Notes: generated by a model from the sequence alone, not told the origin. A DNA stretch of 64,000 nt from Smithella sp. (GCA_049517435.1 JBEKRZ010000014.1:7443-71442), one strand, 5' to 3'. Counted from the stretch's first letter, positions 10,538 through 20,562 are shown. Numbers and translations: made by a program.

Positions 10538-10996
10538 ATGGAGGATATTAATAGAATTCTTGCTGTGAGCTGGGTCACTCAATATTGTAAGGGGACTGTT
10601 CATTCCGCGGTTTCACTGGCCGCAAAGTATAGTGCTGAACTTGCCGTGATTCATGTAATCGATACGTTATGGCTGAAGGGCTGGAATTTGCCGATGAAGT
10701 TGCATGAGGAAGAGCGCCGGAAGGAAATGGAACGAATTAAGGCAGATCTGGATGGTATTATCAGCCGTGAAAAAAAGGGCGGTATGAAGATCAAAACGAT
10801 TATTAAGGAAGGCGATCCCGTTGAAGAAATTCTGAAGGTTATTGAGAAAGAGAAGATTGACTTAGTCATTATGCGAGCCCATGAAGAAAGCCGGATCGAA
10901 CACTTTTTGGTCGGTGGCAGTAACGATGCTATCATCCGGAAGATGCCCTGCTCCATTTATCTGCTGAAGAATGAACCCGGGCAGAAGGTTGATTGA
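10538..10996 (+). CDS. Universal stress protein (UspA family)
   Basis: GDPVEEIL...IDLVIMRAH...LVGGSNDAIIRKMPCSIYLLK USP signature. Confidence 0.85.
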   Translation: MEDINRILAVSWVTQYCKGTVHSAVSLAAKYSAELAVIHVIDTLWLKGWNLPMKLHEEERRKEMERIKADLDGIISREKKGGMKIKTIIKEGDPVEEILKVIEKEKIDLVIMRAHEESRIEHFLVGGSNDAIIRKMPCSIYLLKNEPGQKVD

Positions 10997-11340
10997 GTTA
11001 AAAACTGATGCCGGCAGACGGTGAATCTTTACAGCAGCCGGGCCGGAGATTAGCGACTGGTAATAAGCCAAATATTTAAATAACAGGGCGCTGTTCTGTT
11101 ATTGATTCTGTATGGCATTATTAAAAGAAGTGATTATTAGAGTAAGTAAATTATAAGAAAATAAGAGGGAAGGAGGTGAGGAAAAGGGGCAGATCATAAG
11201 GAATAGATTGGAACTGATTGATAAGAAAATAAGTCGCGTAATACTATTAGGATAAAAAAATTAAAAATAACCATATCGAGGATGGGTGAAAACGACTCCA
11301 TACTTCAGAACAAATTTAAATTATGAAAGGATGAATTAAA

Positions 11341-11973
11341 ATGAAGAAAATTATAGTTGGTTTAGCTATTGCCCTGTTTGTAAGTATATCTTTTTTAATG
11401 GCCTGCTCCGGTGGTAAAAGCGCGGCGGAACTGGCGATCAAGACCGCCGAACAAGCCGTCAACGCGACCAAAGCTGAAGCAGCAAAGATTGTTCCTGATC
11501 AGGTAAAATCATTGGAAGACGCTTTAGCCGCCGCGAAAGAAAAGGTTGTTAAAGGCGAGTATAAAGAAGCTTTAGGGGACGCAACCGCCCTTGCCGGCAA
11601 GGCCAAGGATGTTCTGGCTGCCGCAAAAGCCAAAAAAGAAGAACTGACCAAAAAATGGATGGACTTAAGTCAGGGAATTCCCCAGATGGTCACTGATATT
11701 CAAAGCAAAGTGGATTCTCTTTCCAAAGTAAAAAAGCTTCCGGCCAACCTGACGAAGGAAAAATTTGAAGAAGCCAAAGCCGGACTTGCTTCCATCACAG
11801 ATGAATGGACCAAAGCACAGGATAGTTTTAAAACTGGAAGCTTTGGGGACGCTGTCAGCATGGCAACTTCAGTAAAAGATAAAGCCGTAAAGGCTATGGA
11901 AGCTCTGGGTATGAGTGTACCAGCTCCTGCTGCCGTTCCCTCTCCGGCCCCCGCTCCAACTCCTGCGAAGTAA
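11341..11973 (+). CDS. Hypothetical helical lipoprotein
   Basis: Lipobox LMAC, Ala/Lys-rich coiled coil, Pro-Ala tail. Confidence 0.8.
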   Translation: MKKIIVGLAIALFVSISFLMACSGGKSAAELAIKTAEQAVNATKAEAAKIVPDQVKSLEDALAAAKEKVVKGEYKEALGDATALAGKAKDVLAAAKAKKEELTKKWMDLSQGIPQMVTDIQSKVDSLSKVKKLPANLTKEKFEEAKAGLASITDEWTKAQDSFKTGSFGDAVSMATSVKDKAVKAMEALGMSVPAPAAVPSPAPAPTPAK

Positions 11974-12129
11974 TAATTATTGATCTAATAATAAAATAAA
12001 CGAGGGATATATTCCAATTTTAAAATGGATTATATCCCTTTTTTAATGAGATCAACGCTTCAGAAACAAATTGTTTCCATATTATTATTCTGCCTTTGCT
12101 TTGTGAGAAAAAAGTGTTTTGATAATTCA

Positions 12130-12720
12130 TTACCCGCCATGATACAAATTTCTTTTTCTCTTTTGCATATTATGGAGATCCTTTTTGAACATTTCAACAA
12201 AAGGACCATCGTCGCGCCAGGCGCGGCATGTATTAACAAGAAATTCAAGGATCATCTTTTCACGATCAGGATCAAAAACTATTGGCTTTCTTGATTGATA
12301 AGCCGCAAATCCCTGGATGGCAGCTGGGGCCATTGCCAGAATAAGTTCCACCAGGTGAGTACATCCCTTTTTGCCTCCGGCCAATTTTTTTACTTTTGTC
12401 GTAAAGCCTTTGGTAATTGTCAGACCCTTGATGGGAGCGAGACAGTCGATAGTTTCCCGGCACACTTCCCGGGGAACGGATATCAGATCGACATCAATAT
12501 CCTCGATCAAAAGATTGGAACAATTAACAATGAGTCGTATGGCCATGTGATGAATGACGCCACGCGGAAATGTTTCACCCGTAAACGAATGAGATTCCTG
12601 AAAACGATCATCTTTAAGTAAACCTTCTACAATTATTCTTTGTCCGTCATAATCGTATGTCGCTACTTCTATATTTCGTGTATGTAACTTTTTTCCTTTT
12701 GATTTCCAAATGGACTGCAT
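12130..12720 (-). CDS. DUF2889 domain protein
   Basis: HTRNI, IHHM, VPREVC, GCTHLVEL pattern typical of DUF2889; GGAG RBS. Confidence 0.75.
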   Translation of the reverse strand: MQSIWKSKGKKLHTRNIEVATYDYDGQRIIVEGLLKDDRFQESHSFTGETFPRGVIHHMAIRLIVNCSNLLIEDIDVDLISVPREVCRETIDCLAPIKGLTITKGFTTKVKKLAGGKKGCTHLVELILAMAPAAIQGFAAYQSRKPIVFDPDREKMILEFLVNTCRAWRDDGPFVEMFKKDLHNMQKRKRNLYHGG

Positions 12721-12858
12721 TTTATTTTAATTCTCCTGAAAAAATAAAGGTCACACTAGGTCTCGCGTGTACTTCCGGTAGTGCATCCATCAAGGGGGCA
12801 CAATAAAAACAGATCATTTCCTTACCTGTGAGCTACACCATTTTGGCGTGGCTCACAC

Positions 12859-13027
12859 ACACCTCGTTACTTCCGCCTGGCCCCGCTGAAGGGAGACAGT
12901 TTCCAATAGCCAAAGGCCATTGGATAATTCGGCTTACAAAATTCAGTTCACTTTGCTCCTGAATTTTGAGTCTCATTACAACTAAAGAATTCCAGTTCAC
13001 TGTGTAACTGTAATTCGAGTTTCACTG
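12859..13027 (-). repeat. Modular palindromic repeat array (locus G)
   Basis: Shares TAATGAGACTC..AAAGTGAACTG..GAATTATCCAATGGCCTTTGGCTATTGG with 39541-39883, and a ~47-bp and a 26-bp block with 57546-57637. Confidence 0.75.
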
Positions 13028-13095
13028 TCGCCTCAATATCATCTTTGATTCAAAAATGGTATAATATTATAATCTCAACTACGGGGGATAAAAAT

Positions 13096-13725
13096 ATGTG
13101 TGGAAGATTCGTACTGATAACCGATTTGAAAAATATCCAAAAGAATTTCAATATTCAGAATATATCATGTGAATACCAACCGAGTTGGAATATAGTGCCG
13201 AACCAATCAGTGCCTGTTATAATTCATCATAACGAAATCAATCAATTAGTCTGTTTCAGGTGGGGGATGATTCCCTCATGGTCGAAAGATCCTTCAATTG
13301 CCAACAAGCTGATTAATGCCCGTGCGGAAACAGTAGATAAGAAACCCAGTTTTAAAGATGCTTTCAAAAAAAGGCGGTGCCTTATAGTTGCTGACGGATT
13401 TTACGAGTGGAAGAGGGAAGGCAACAAAAAAATGCCGCTGTATTATTATCTGAAATCAGGACGGCCTTTCGGATTCGCGGGACTTTATGAAACATGGATA
13501 TCACCGGACAAAAAGGAAATCAATACCTGCGTAATCATTACTACCGGTGCCAACGAACTGATTGCGCCTGTTCATGATCGCATGCCGGTTATCTTATCCA
13601 ATGATCAGGAGAGAGTTTGGTTGAATAGCGATGTGGTTGATGTCCCGGGTCTTAAGTCTATTTTAAAACCGTACCCTGCTAAAGAGATGAACTACAAATC
13701 AGGCATAGGGCCGCATAGTTTTTAA
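13096..13725 (+). CDS. SOS response-associated peptidase (SRAP/YedK/HMCES family)
   Basis: Starts MCGRF (catalytic Cys2); NARAET, RRCLIVADGFYEW, HDRMPVIL motifs. Confidence 0.92.
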   Translation: MCGRFVLITDLKNIQKNFNIQNISCEYQPSWNIVPNQSVPVIIHHNEINQLVCFRWGMIPSWSKDPSIANKLINARAETVDKKPSFKDAFKKRRCLIVADGFYEWKREGNKKMPLYYYLKSGRPFGFAGLYETWISPDKKEINTCVIITTGANELIAPVHDRMPVILSNDQERVWLNSDVVDVPGLKSILKPYPAKEMNYKSGIGPHSF

Positions 13726-13776
13726 TGAAGAAGTAGTATATTTATTAGTTGCATATAGAAATTATTTCTAAAGCCG

Positions 13777-14337
13777 TTACTTTGTTTGGCCGGTTTCCGG
13801 AATGTTTCCCCCAAGATCCTTAACCAATCTGGTGAATGATTCCTGCGCATACAGAAGCTTGCCTGCCACCTTGCGCAATTTGTCCACCTGCTCCTCAGAC
13901 AGAGTCAGAGCCGTGGGGATTTCCTGAAAGTATTCCCGTTCCGTCTTGTCGAGAAGAGAGTCAAAAGAGATATGAATTATATAGATTTCTATGTTCTTTT
14001 TTCCGTCCTTCCCGCTTTCATATGTCCATTCCTCAGAATAGCGTCGCAGCAGATCGATTGTCTCGAAATTATACTTGTTGATCATAATGGTTGAAGACGC
14101 GCCAAGAATTGCTCCAATTCCCGGGATCTTGTCAATAAGCCTCCAGCTTTTCTTTTCCTGCGTTTGCGCGTTGACAATGATGAAGACCAACCGGTGACAA
14201 CTTGTAAGCTTTTCCTCTTTCATGATCTCACGGATACCACCCTGAACCGCGATGCTCTCCATGATGCCCCGGATGCCAAGGTTATCAGACACGCCGCCGT
14301 CAATCAGATGTATGTATGGTTTTGTCTCCGGTTCTAA
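13777..14337 (-). pseudogene. C-terminal fragment of a patatin-like phospholipase
   Basis: Extending the ORF upstream gives LEPETKPYIHLIDGGVSDNLG (DGG motif), bounded by an in-frame TGA; the GxSxG N-terminal half is absent. Confidence 0.7.
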
Positions 14338-14395
14338 TCAGTCGTAATTCGATCATACCTTATTCTTTTGAGACCTAACATGAAAATTCACCTGA

Positions 14396-14845
14396 TCATC
14401 GCCGTTCCTCATCATATTTCTTTTGCAGACCCTCCGGTGGATTAGCGGGTTTCATAGTGCCGAGATTAATAAATACTCCACCTTGTGTAGCCGTTGCGGC
14501 ATGCTTGCCGTTAACCATAAATTCCGCATTGGCCACCCAACCCGAAGAGTCGAATTTCTCCATCCAGATACTTCCGTTAACCTGATCATGCATCCGAATC
14601 GGTCGCTTATACTCTATATGCGTTTGAGTGATAATGGGCACAATCAATTCCGAAATGAGTTTTTGCAGCGGATAATGAACTTCAAGGAAATAGAGCCGCA
14701 AGTCCTCCATCCAGCGCACATATGCGATGTTGCTGACGATACCCATAAAATCGATATCGTATGTCTTAACCGTAATGTGCAAATTAACTTGAAGCGGTCG
14801 TTGTTGTGTCATATAACCTCCTTCTCTTTCCGTCGTATAATACAC
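14396..14845 (-). CDS. Acyl-CoA thioesterase (YbgC/4HBT hot-dog family)
   Basis: DIDFMGIVSNIAYVRWMEDLR and IEYKRPI motifs. Confidence 0.85.
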   Translation of the reverse strand: MYYTTEREGGYMTQQRPLQVNLHITVKTYDIDFMGIVSNIAYVRWMEDLRLYFLEVHYPLQKLISELIVPIITQTHIEYKRPIRMHDQVNGSIWMEKFDSSGWVANAEFMVNGKHAATATQGGVFINLGTMKPANPPEGLQKKYDEERR

Positions 14846-14869
14846 ATTTAATAATAAGACGTTGCTTGT

Positions 14870-15706
14870 TTATTTAATTGCCGGAGTAATATATTTAAAC
14901 ATATATATCGCATAACCATCTTTAATATCCTTAAAAACAGTTTTCATTAATATTTTTACTAAAAACTGTGAAATTGTCAGCTTTGCATATTCTAGCGTTT
15001 TATCAATAATGGATATTTTTACTTCGAGAGCATAACTACTATCCAGAAACAATTGTTCCGGTGAATTTGAAGTAATCTGCAACGATGTCCCAAATTCCTG
15101 CAATACTTTTTGAAATTTCGTATTAAATTTTTTGAAAAATTTATAATTTTGCAGATCACAAAATAATGTATGCTGAGAAAATTGATTCTGCAATGTCCTA
15201 ATCAATTTTATTGTTGCTTTTTCATCTAAATAGATAAAAACACCCTCTATAATTATAAATACGGGTTTCTTGAAATTAAATGCCGTTAATTTTTCTTCCA
15301 GAGAATCAACGGAAAAATCAAAGGGAATTCTTTTAATCGTATTCTTACATTCTGATTCCGGGAGGTATTTTTCTTTATGTTTTATTACCTCGGGATCATC
15401 AAATTCATACCAGTAACCACCATCCATTCTGTAAGCCCTTGTATCAAACCCGGCTCCAATGATAAAAATTATGGTTTCCGGTTCTTTTTTTAATTCCGAC
15501 TTTATCAAATCATCAATAATCCTATGTCTTGTTGCATTACTTATAATGGCATTTTTAAAAGGCCTGAACTTATCAAACACCTCCAAAGCTTCTTTATCCA
15601 TTAATATTTTAGCATAATTATCACCGCATACCGGACGATCACTATCAGCGTCCAACATACGGGCACCACAACAAAAAAAGGCTGTTTTTGATACTGGTTT
15701 CATCAT
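14870..15706 (-). CDS. Class I SAM-dependent methyltransferase (LCM/TcmP-like)
   Basis: VSKTA...R, RHRIIDD, IGAGFDTRAYR, IEGVFIYL motifs. Confidence 0.85.
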   Translation of the reverse strand: MMKPVSKTAFFCCGARMLDADSDRPVCGDNYAKILMDKEALEVFDKFRPFKNAIISNATRHRIIDDLIKSELKKEPETIIFIIGAGFDTRAYRMDGGYWYEFDDPEVIKHKEKYLPESECKNTIKRIPFDFSVDSLEEKLTAFNFKKPVFIIIEGVFIYLDEKATIKLIRTLQNQFSQHTLFCDLQNYKFFKKFNTKFQKVLQEFGTSLQITSNSPEQLFLDSSYALEVKISIIDKTLEYAKLTISQFLVKILMKTVFKDIKDGYAIYMFKYITPAIK

Positions 15707-15782
15707 CTTTCTCTCTAAATTTATTAATTACAAAATTACAAGCGCTTATAAAAATTCAAATAAATACGTTTTCATTCAGATT

Positions 15783-16313
15783 CTAACCAAGGTTAAATCT
15801 GAACTCAATTTCGCACTTTCCATTCTGATGCATCAGGCATCCATTGAACTCAGGTATCATGTCATACTTCACGCCAAGACCTTCTAGCCAACCTTGCACT
15901 CTTATTACAATTCCACATTGATACACATCGATAAAACCAAATTTACTAACACCATCATGAGCAAAACATTTATGAAAACCGCCCCTAAAAACATTCTTAT
16001 CAGGAAAACCGTAATACAGTTTCATGAATTCCGGCTGGATTAATTTATATGTTGTATCGATTATCTCTTTTAATTCTTCAAAGGTTGTAATAACAGCATC
16101 TTTCGGTTTGCCCATCAATTTCAGTATTCTTTTTATTTCAATACCAGCCATTGTTTTTACAGCTCCTTTATTTATTTCATTAGCTTTTTCTGCGCCTAAT
16201 TCCCGCATAACACTTCCAAACCACATGGCATCATGAGTCATCCAATTCTTTGAAAAGAACTCCCTGATTTCTTTTTTATCAAGTTTATCCATTAAATCCA
16301 TAGCATCCTCCAA
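15783..16313 (-). CDS. DUF6125-like protein
   Basis: KNWMTHDAMWF motif with conserved C-terminal Cys residues; paralog of 16983..17495. Confidence 0.65.
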   Translation of the reverse strand: MEDAMDLMDKLDKKEIREFFSKNWMTHDAMWFGSVMRELGAEKANEINKGAVKTMAGIEIKRILKLMGKPKDAVITTFEELKEIIDTTYKLIQPEFMKLYYGFPDKNVFRGGFHKCFAHDGVSKFGFIDVYQCGIVIRVQGWLEGLGVKYDMIPEFNGCLMHQNGKCEIEFRFNLG

Positions 16314-16445
16314 TGTTAGTTTGATAAGATGATATTGTTTTATGATGGAACTATAGATAACTAAGTTTATTTTACTGTGTGTCGTTTTTTGTATAGGCCA
16401 GCGCTCGCCGGATACGTATCCCGATAAGCCGGTGCCTCCTTAGTA

Positions 16446-16877
16446 TTATGCCTTCTTCCGGTCTTCCACCCTGATCTCCATTACAATGTGGCCCCAGCCG
16501 CCGCACTTCACGCCGGTATCGAAACATCCGGTACGCTTGAAGCGCATCTCGTTCGGGTCAATCCCGGCATAAAGGAGTTCATTGGCGGCAAAGATAAGAC
16601 CGGGGATCTGGCCTAATGCGAAACAGCAGATTTTTCCAGGGTTGAGCTTGGTGATGAGATTTCCCGCGCCATCGAAAATAAATTTATCGCCTGCTTCATG
16701 CCCGGAGTTGCACCCGCTTGCCTCCACCACCTCAACGACAATGGTCTTGCTCATCAATGCCCCAGCCTTGGAAATCACATCCTCATTTCTGGGATTTTGC
16801 CGGAATAACTTCATCTCGTCATCAGTGTAGCCTAAATGTTTTTGAATAAAATTCCACACATCTTCATTGATTTTCAT
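16446..16877 (-). CDS. Small Cys-rich hypothetical protein (TIGR04076-like)
   Basis: GGAGG RBS before ATG 16877; GCNSGHEAGDKF, ICCFA, CFDTGVKCGGWG. Confidence 0.65.
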   Translation of the reverse strand: MKINEDVWNFIQKHLGYTDDEMKLFRQNPRNEDVISKAGALMSKTIVVEVVEASGCNSGHEAGDKFIFDGAGNLITKLNPGKICCFALGQIPGLIFAANELLYAGIDPNEMRFKRTGCFDTGVKCGGWGHIVMEIRVEDRKKA

Positions 16878-16919
16878 TTTATTGCCTCCTGAATAAAATT
16901 TATTCGTGAAACTCCAATT

Positions 16920-16982
16920 TAATGAGACCCAAGCTTCAAAAACAAAGTGCACTGAAGCTTGCCGATCGAATTATACCCGTGA
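16920..16982 (+). repeat. Modular repeat unit (locus B)
   Basis: TAATGAGACCCAAGCTTCAAAAACAAAGTGCACTGAAGCTTGC nearly identical to 39541-39582 and 18592-18624. Confidence 0.8.
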
Positions 16983-17495
16983 TTACTCAAAGAAAAACCT
17001 GTAATCCCAAGCGCATTTGCCGTCGATGTGCATCATACAACCTGTTATTTTGGGTTTTACTTCAAATTTGATGCCAAGAGTGTTAAGCCAGGTATCGATA
17101 CGCAACATAATGCCGCATTCGTAACGATCGCTGACACCCAGTGATTTCATTCCTTCATACGCAAAGCATGAATCCCACTGGGCATGCATTAAGTTTTTAG
17201 CGGGAATGGTGTAGTTATATTTCATAAACTTGCCGGTAGGAATTTCCATTGCGGTATCAAAAAAGCTTTTAAACTCATCAAAAGTATTAATTTGAGTCGC
17301 CCCAACAGCTTTTTGGATACGTTTGATCTCTATAGCCGCCATGTCACGGATAGCGGCTTTGTTTATCTTATTGGTTTTCTCGATGCCGCATTCTTTTAAG
17401 CAGTTGTAAAACCACATCGCATCATGGGTCATCCAGCTTTTGTTTAAAAGTTCTTTTAATTCATTTTTACTAAGTGAATTGAAATCGGCTGTCAT
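16983..17495 (-). CDS. DUF6125-like protein
   Basis: KSWMTHDAMWF motif; paralog of 15783..16313. Confidence 0.65.
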   Translation of the reverse strand: MTADFNSLSKNELKELLNKSWMTHDAMWFYNCLKECGIEKTNKINKAAIRDMAAIEIKRIQKAVGATQINTFDEFKSFFDTAMEIPTGKFMKYNYTIPAKNLMHAQWDSCFAYEGMKSLGVSDRYECGIMLRIDTWLNTLGIKFEVKPKITGCMMHIDGKCAWDYRFFFE

Positions 17496-17604
17496 CTCTT
17501 TGTCTCCTTTCTTAATCGCTTTTCTAATGCAACGCTCTTACGGCATTATTGTTACGTTAAGCTTTTTTCCTAAAGACAAATTATCACAATTAGAATGTTT
17601 GTAT

Positions 17605-17620
17605 TAGAATATACATTCTA
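17605..17620. promoter_or_regulatory. Palindromic operator candidate TAGAAT-N4-ATTCTA inside a minus-strand TTGACA-N17-TATATT promoter
   Basis: Perfect 6-4-6 inverted repeat; degenerate copy TGGAAC-N4-ATTCTA at 18377-18392 just upstream of the TetR gene. Confidence 0.5.
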
Positions 17621-17784
17621 TAATAATGCATGTCAAGAATATTTTCGCACTGTAAAATTACAAACAATTGCTTCATCAACAAAGACTGTTTCAAAATATT
17701 AAATACGTCAATTTTAAGGATTGAAAAAGATGAGTAGATGGAAAGGTCAACTGATGGAAAAAGGTCAGTAAATTTGTATAAATA

Positions 17785-18363
17785 TCATTTTGATTTTTCT
17801 ATCAAAGCTTCATACGTTTCCCGGATAAGATCAGCAACTGATTGGGGTGGTATTTTATTTTCTTGTAGATATCGTCTCAAGATTCCCATAGGGGCATCAT
17901 GGATGGCAAAAAGTGTTCGATCTATATACTCTTTGGTGACACGTCCGAATTGTTTTTTTGTGAAAGCGGCTATACCTTCCTGCAATTCCTTAAATAAACG
18001 CTGTGCGCGTTTCTGTAAGTCTTTGGGCCAATCGCCGGAAGTGAGATCGTCGATACGGTATAGCAGCATAACGCGCGCTTCGCTAGGATGAGTACGAACC
18101 CATTGCATACAGAAAAGTGTAGCCTGAAGTCCGTCCGTCTGAAGAGTTTTTAACCATTCATTTTGAAATGATTCAATAATATTCAACCATAATTCGGCGA
18201 GAAGCGCGTCTCGAGAGGGAAAGCGATGGTAAACCGAACCGATCGGTGCGGTTACTCGTGTGGATAGTCCCGCAATTGTCAGCGCGCCAAGACCTTCCTC
18301 GGCAATTATTTGTATTGCCGAGTCGATGAATTCTTCATTTTTAAAATAAGCTTTGCGTCCCAT
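17785..18363 (-). CDS. TetR/AcrR family transcriptional regulator
   Basis: N-terminal HTH LTIAGLSTRVTAPIGSVYHRFPSRDAL. Confidence 0.9.
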   Translation of the reverse strand: MGRKAYFKNEEFIDSAIQIIAEEGLGALTIAGLSTRVTAPIGSVYHRFPSRDALLAELWLNIIESFQNEWLKTLQTDGLQATLFCMQWVRTHPSEARVMLLYRIDDLTSGDWPKDLQKRAQRLFKELQEGIAAFTKKQFGRVTKEYIDRTLFAIHDAPMGILRRYLQENKIPPQSVADLIRETYEALIEKSK

Positions 18364-18406
18364 ATTAAGCTTTTAATGGAACACAAATTCTAATATGTCA
18401 AGAATA

Positions 18407-18624
18407 TAATGAGACTAGCTGAAAACGAACGAAGTGAAGTTTGAAGCGTTGTCGAATTATCCCAGGAGCGAAGCGATCGTGACTCTCGCTGAGAGCGAAT
18501 TGAGTGAAGCTCGAAACGCAAGAGGAACAATCCCGCCAACGTAGTTGGCAGATACGAGGGATTGATCGCAAAATGTAATAAGACTCGCTGATAATGAGAC
18601 CCAAGCTTCAGAAACAAAGTGCAT
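18407..18624 (+). repeat. Modular repeat array (locus A)
   Basis: TAATGAGACTAGCTGAAAACGAACGAAGTGAAGTTTGAAGCGTTGTCGAATTATCCC matches the reverse complement of 43265-43342 and 50716-50843. Confidence 0.8.
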
Positions 18625-18660
18625 TCATCCATCATTCAGGTCTTCGTGGCAGTGTCTTTT

Positions 18661-20226
18661 CTATGAGGGGTATGTATTTTTCAGTGCATCGAAAAAGAGA
18701 CCGGCACTGCCGCGATTATCCTGCCCGTCATATTTTTCGCCCTTCAAATAAAGAGCTTCTACCTTAACATTGCTTAACTTCTGAACCGGTACCTGCAGAG
18801 GATTCTGATCCAGCACGACAAAATCAGCCAATTTGCCAACCGTCAGGGTTCCGCGTTTGTTTTCATCAAAGGAAAGTTTGGCGCATGCCGAGGTATGCAT
18901 GCGCAGGGCATCTAGTACCGGGACCGATTCCTGAGGATTAGGATGATTGCAGGCCGCGTAAATTGACGCGATGGGATCGGGCAAAGTGCATGGAGCATCA
19001 GAGCCACTCGCGATAACTAACCCGGCATCCAGCATACTCTTTAAAGGAATCAGGTTTTTAATACGATTACCTAAAATATGTTTCAGATATTCCATAGGTT
19101 CCTGCTGCCAATGTAGAAATGGTGTTTGCAGGGCAACGCAGAGCCCAAGTTTTGCCGCCTTTTCGATTGTTTCGTGGTTCATCAGATCGGCGTGAATCAT
19201 GATATGCCGGTGGTCTTCACGGGGAAAATCATTCAATGCCAATTCAAAGGCTGTCAGGGCCTGTTCGATTGCCGCATCGCCAATAACATGCATGGCGACC
19301 TGCAAACTGCTGCGATTTGCCGCTTTTACAAAATCATTTACCTGCTGCTGCGAATAAAAGAGCGTACCAAAACTTTTGGGATTATTAGAATAGGGTTGTT
19401 TCAGAGCGGCATCTTCGGAACCAAAGCAACCATCCAGAGCAGTGGCAAAGCAACCTCCAATGCAGGGCATTTTGCGGCGCAGTACTTTTTTGATATCCAT
19501 CGTCTGGAAAAAAATATGAAACTTTTGCGGCAGCCCCCGGTTGGCAAATCTTACAATATCCACATCTAAATCCAACGGAAAGCCGACCCCTTCGGATGTA
19601 TGCACTAACGCAATCCCTTTGCGGGCAAGATAATCGCTGCCGGCAATCATATTATTAAAAACAGCCGGCAGGGATACAGATCGCGAAATGCTGTTGACCG
19701 CTCTGTAAAACGCATTAAGATAAAACCAGCCTGTTTTCGCGTCAAATCCCGGATCGGCAAGGATAGCCGCGGGGAGTTTGTTGATCATTGCGGTATTGCC
19801 CACGGAAGCATGGCCGTCATATTTTACAATCATGAGTGGATGGCCGGTAATCTTATCCAGATCACTTCTTCCGGGGAGTCTTTTTTCTGCTACGGTGTGA
19901 GCGGAACAACCAAAACCGAGAATCACTTTTTCTTTCTTGCCCTGTGCAATGTATTTACGAATCAGTTCATCAAGCTCGGCAAAATCGTGCACATCTCTGC
20001 AATCGAGGCCGGAGTTGAAAAAAGCAAAGGAGGCAAAGTGCATGTGAGTATCGGCAAAGGCCGGGACCACGCAGAGGTTTTTTAAGTCTATCTGTTCAAC
20101 CCGGGAATAAACTTCCGGCAATTGATCGCCGGTAAAAATTATTTTCCCATCTTCTTCCACAAGGTATTTGAAAGTACGATTTTCATCTTCACAGGAAATA
20201 AAATTGGCGTTTTTAAATACGTGCAT
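18661..20226 (-). CDS. Amidohydrolase family 3 (YtcJ-like)
   Basis: PAFADTHMH metal motif, HVIGD, HIMIHAD, SGSDAP, GKLADFVVL. Confidence 0.88.
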   Translation of the reverse strand: MHVFKNANFISCEDENRTFKYLVEEDGKIIFTGDQLPEVYSRVEQIDLKNLCVVPAFADTHMHFASFAFFNSGLDCRDVHDFAELDELIRKYIAQGKKEKVILGFGCSAHTVAEKRLPGRSDLDKITGHPLMIVKYDGHASVGNTAMINKLPAAILADPGFDAKTGWFYLNAFYRAVNSISRSVSLPAVFNNMIAGSDYLARKGIALVHTSEGVGFPLDLDVDIVRFANRGLPQKFHIFFQTMDIKKVLRRKMPCIGGCFATALDGCFGSEDAALKQPYSNNPKSFGTLFYSQQQVNDFVKAANRSSLQVAMHVIGDAAIEQALTAFELALNDFPREDHRHIMIHADLMNHETIEKAAKLGLCVALQTPFLHWQQEPMEYLKHILGNRIKNLIPLKSMLDAGLVIASGSDAPCTLPDPIASIYAACNHPNPQESVPVLDALRMHTSACAKLSFDENKRGTLTVGKLADFVVLDQNPLQVPVQKLSNVKVEALYLKGEKYDGQDNRGSAGLFFDALKNTYPS

Positions 20227-20377
20227 ATTTACCCCCTTATTTGATTACGGCAAAGTTTATGAAAGTATAAGACCAATATTTCTGTATGTCAAAGAAATAA
20301 TTGGTACATTTTAGACTAAGCTCGTGATGATATTGGGAAGGGTGAAATTAACGCTTTTTTGATTCTGTTAGGGTAGA

Positions 20378-20562
20378 GAAATCTTCTATACCTTGAAAGA
20401 AGCAAAGACATTAATTGAAAAATGGCGCATAGAATACAATACGTTCATGCCGCACAGTTCTTTGAATTACCGTCCTCCAGCACCAAATGCATACCTGAAT
20501 TGAGAAATAAAAAATGGCTGAATCCTAACTTAACATGTGGTACAAGTATCTGGGGCAGGTCA
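20378..20562 (+). mobile_element. IS3-family right-end remnant
   Basis: Encodes EIFYTLKEAKTLIEKWRIEYNTFMPHSSLNYRPPAP (IS3 transposase C-terminus) and ends ...GTACAAGTATCTGGGGCAGGTCA (terminal CA). Confidence 0.8.

Noticed and set aside
12025-12294. 89-aa plus-strand ORF
   Set aside because: Overlaps the 3' end of the DUF2889 gene on the opposite strand and is AT-rich with no motif.
18390-18635. Small ORFs over repeat loci (also 41470..41797 and 50828..51133)
   Set aside because: They are translations of the palindromic repeats or alternative frames of real genes.
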